Shown piece by piece: positions 24,403-25,911 of a stretch of 25,911 nucleotides of DNA (positions are counted from its first letter, which is position 1; every line of letters begins with the position of its first letter). The DNA is taken from IMG/VR virus record IMGVR_UViG_3300012232_000245, positions 1 to 25,911 of that record. One strand, written 5' to 3'. A model generated the notes under the pieces. That model was not told the origin of the DNA and did not search any database. It saw nothing but the letters and a program-made list of their open reading frames with translations. The stretch is from a virus. Its lineage: Duplodnaviria > Caudoviricetes. Position numbers and translations under genes: made by a program.

Positions 24403-24915
24403 TTACACGCCTCGGACAGCGGTGGGCTCGAGCGCCAGGCACACGCCCGAGATCGGGAGCATGTCGGAGTCGTCGCCCTCTTCGAAGTTGACCTCGTCGG
24501 AGTGGAAGTCGGGGAACGTCAACCGCTCCGTCTGGTCCACACCCGCCGTCGGGCACGGGTTGGAGAGGTCGAAGCGGAGGTCCGTGCAGTACGGACCGCA
24601 CAGCAGCGTCGACGTCCAGCTCGCAGCGTTGCCCCTCTGACGGAGGGCGTCGGGGACGGAGGGGATGGCCGCGTACGCGGTGAGCGTGCGGCCGGTCCAC
24701 TCCTCGAACTTCGCCGTGAACGACACGGTCATGGGCTCCTCGTTGCCCTCGGCGAACGAGTCGACCCGGCCGCGGTTCATGATGACCTTCACCGGTCGCC
24801 GCACCGAGAACCTCAGGTTCCCCTCTTCGATGGGAACCACGAGGGTGTTGGGCGAGCCGGTCCCGTCCACGATCGTCAGTTGACCGTGGGTCAGGTTCCT
24901 GATCCTGTGCGCCAT
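24403..24915 (-). CDS. major tail (tube) protein
   Basis: AAGGAG RBS before ATG 24915; 170 aa, beta-rich; strong codon bias; canonical position. Confidence 0.75.
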   Translation of the reverse strand: MAHRIRNLTHGQLTIVDGTGSPNTLVVPIEEGNLRFSVRRPVKVIMNRGRVDSFAEGNEEPMTVSFTAKFEEWTGRTLTAYAAIPSVPDALRQRGNAASWTSTLLCGPYCTDLRFDLSNPCPTAGVDQTERLTFPDFHSDEVNFEEGDDSDMLPISGVCLALEPTAVRGV

Positions 24916-24928
24916 GCGCGTTTCTCCT

Positions 24929-25411
24929 TTAGGCGGCCTCGAGGGTCGCCTGGAACGTGACAACCACGGTGTGAGTGTTACCCTGCTCCACCGCGAAGTT
25001 GCCTTCTCCTTCGAACGTGATGTTGCGCCGCGGCAGGTAACGTTGCCGGGCCTCCTTGATGTTCAGGGTTGCGACGGTCGGCTCCGGAGCGACACCGATC
25101 GTTTTGATGGCGAGGTCCTTGTGCTCAAGGGTCTTCCGAACGAGGGCCGCCAACCGGTGGGCTGCCATGGTGTCCCGGTTCGCACTGTCTTCCTCGATCT
25201 TCGCATTGCAGGAGACTTGGAACATGATCCGACCGCCCCAGTCCTTCGCGCGACTACGGCGACGGACGTCACCCATGGGATAGAAGTCCACCCACGTGTC
25301 GAAGTCCGTCTTGGGTCGCATGCCGATCCCATTCATGTGAACGGGGTCGATGCCGGCCTTCAGGGTCTCCATGACACTCAGGTAGGCGTAGGTCTCCAGG
25401 TCGTCGATCAC
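24929..25411 (-). CDS. tail terminator protein
   Basis: 160 aa directly upstream of the tube gene; W...Y, FQVSC.AK, AHRLAALVRK.L pattern. Confidence 0.65.
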   Translation of the reverse strand: MIDDLETYAYLSVMETLKAGIDPVHMNGIGMRPKTDFDTWVDFYPMGDVRRRSRAKDWGGRIMFQVSCNAKIEEDSANRDTMAAHRLAALVRKTLEHKDLAIKTIGVAPEPTVATLNIKEARQRYLPRRNITFEGEGNFAVEQGNTHTVVVTFQATLEAA

Positions 25412-25902
25412 TTCTCACCTCGCCACTTGCGCTCGAGGGCTCTCACCTGAGAGGAGAGATCGTTGGGGTTGTCGAACCAATCAGCGTCAGGAACGGTGGG
25501 CTCGGTCTGGTTCGGGGTCTTTCGAACCCTCCCACCGAACACGTGCTCCACGGTCCTGGTTGGACGGGTACCCGAAACGCGGACCATCTCGTGGGTCTCC
25601 ATCGAACCACCGACCTGGATCAGGACGTCCTGAGTCTCGTAGGTCGGTTCCGTGCCGCGAATGACGCGGGCCTCGAAGATGTGGCCAGGTTCCTTGAAGT
25701 CTGAGACCGTGTGCCAGTCCTTCGGATCGTCGATCCTCATCGCGAGGTAGACGTTGGCGTTCAGATCGGCCACGGGACGGTTGAGCGGGAGCCGCGCCTT
25801 CAACTCATTGAGGAGACGCTGCCAGGCGAGCTTGGGGATCTTCCGCTCAATCGTTGCCGGGTCATACGGGACACCAGCCGCGAGATCGATGTCGAACTTC
25901 AT
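25408..25902 (-). CDS. hypothetical protein (neck/tail-completion position)
   Basis: GTGA coupled to the terminator gene; function inferred from synteny only. Confidence 0.55.
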   Translation of the reverse strand: MKFDIDLAAGVPYDPATIERKIPKLAWQRLLNELKARLPLNRPVADLNANVYLAMRIDDPKDWHTVSDFKEPGHIFEARVIRGTEPTYETQDVLIQVGGSMETHEMVRVSGTRPTRTVEHVFGGRVRKTPNQTEPTVPDADWFDNPNDLSSQVRALERKWRGEK

Positions 25903-25911
25903 ATTGCGCAG

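Noticed and set aside
1-25911. CRISPR arrays, tRNA/rRNA genes, integrase, lysis cassette
   Set aside because: None seen by eye; the window is almost fully protein-coding with no spacer long enough for an array.

Overview
GC-rich fragment of a tailed dsDNA phage (siphovirus-type tail genes, no sheath gene seen) with two converging gene blocks. The + strand (1-10311) is an almost gap-free, ATGA/GTGA-coupled replication/accessory block: SNF2 helicase (5'-truncated), HNH nuclease, pyrimidine-dimer-glycosylase-like protein, family A DNA polymerase, a small lipoprotein, ATP-dependent ligase, GT9-like glycosyltransferase, a YegP-like protein and many small hypotheticals. The - strand (10289-25902) is the tail module: terminator, major tail protein, chaperone pair, tape measure, a putative fibre subunit, a LamG/BNR/repeat protein ending in a Dit-like domain, a hub, and a Maf/MptE-like transferase. 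The strongest unexpected signal is a probable overprinted gene (5089-5832, +1 frame) inside the polymerase, supported by a sharp local codon-bias shift and its own GGAGG ribosome-binding site. Also notable are a possible repeat-scaffolded, perhaps glycosylated, tail fibre, a tail-chaperone junction with no canonical slippery heptamer, and a 16-nt motif shared by the two structured intergenic spacers. All family assignments come from motif recognition by eye; no database search was run.
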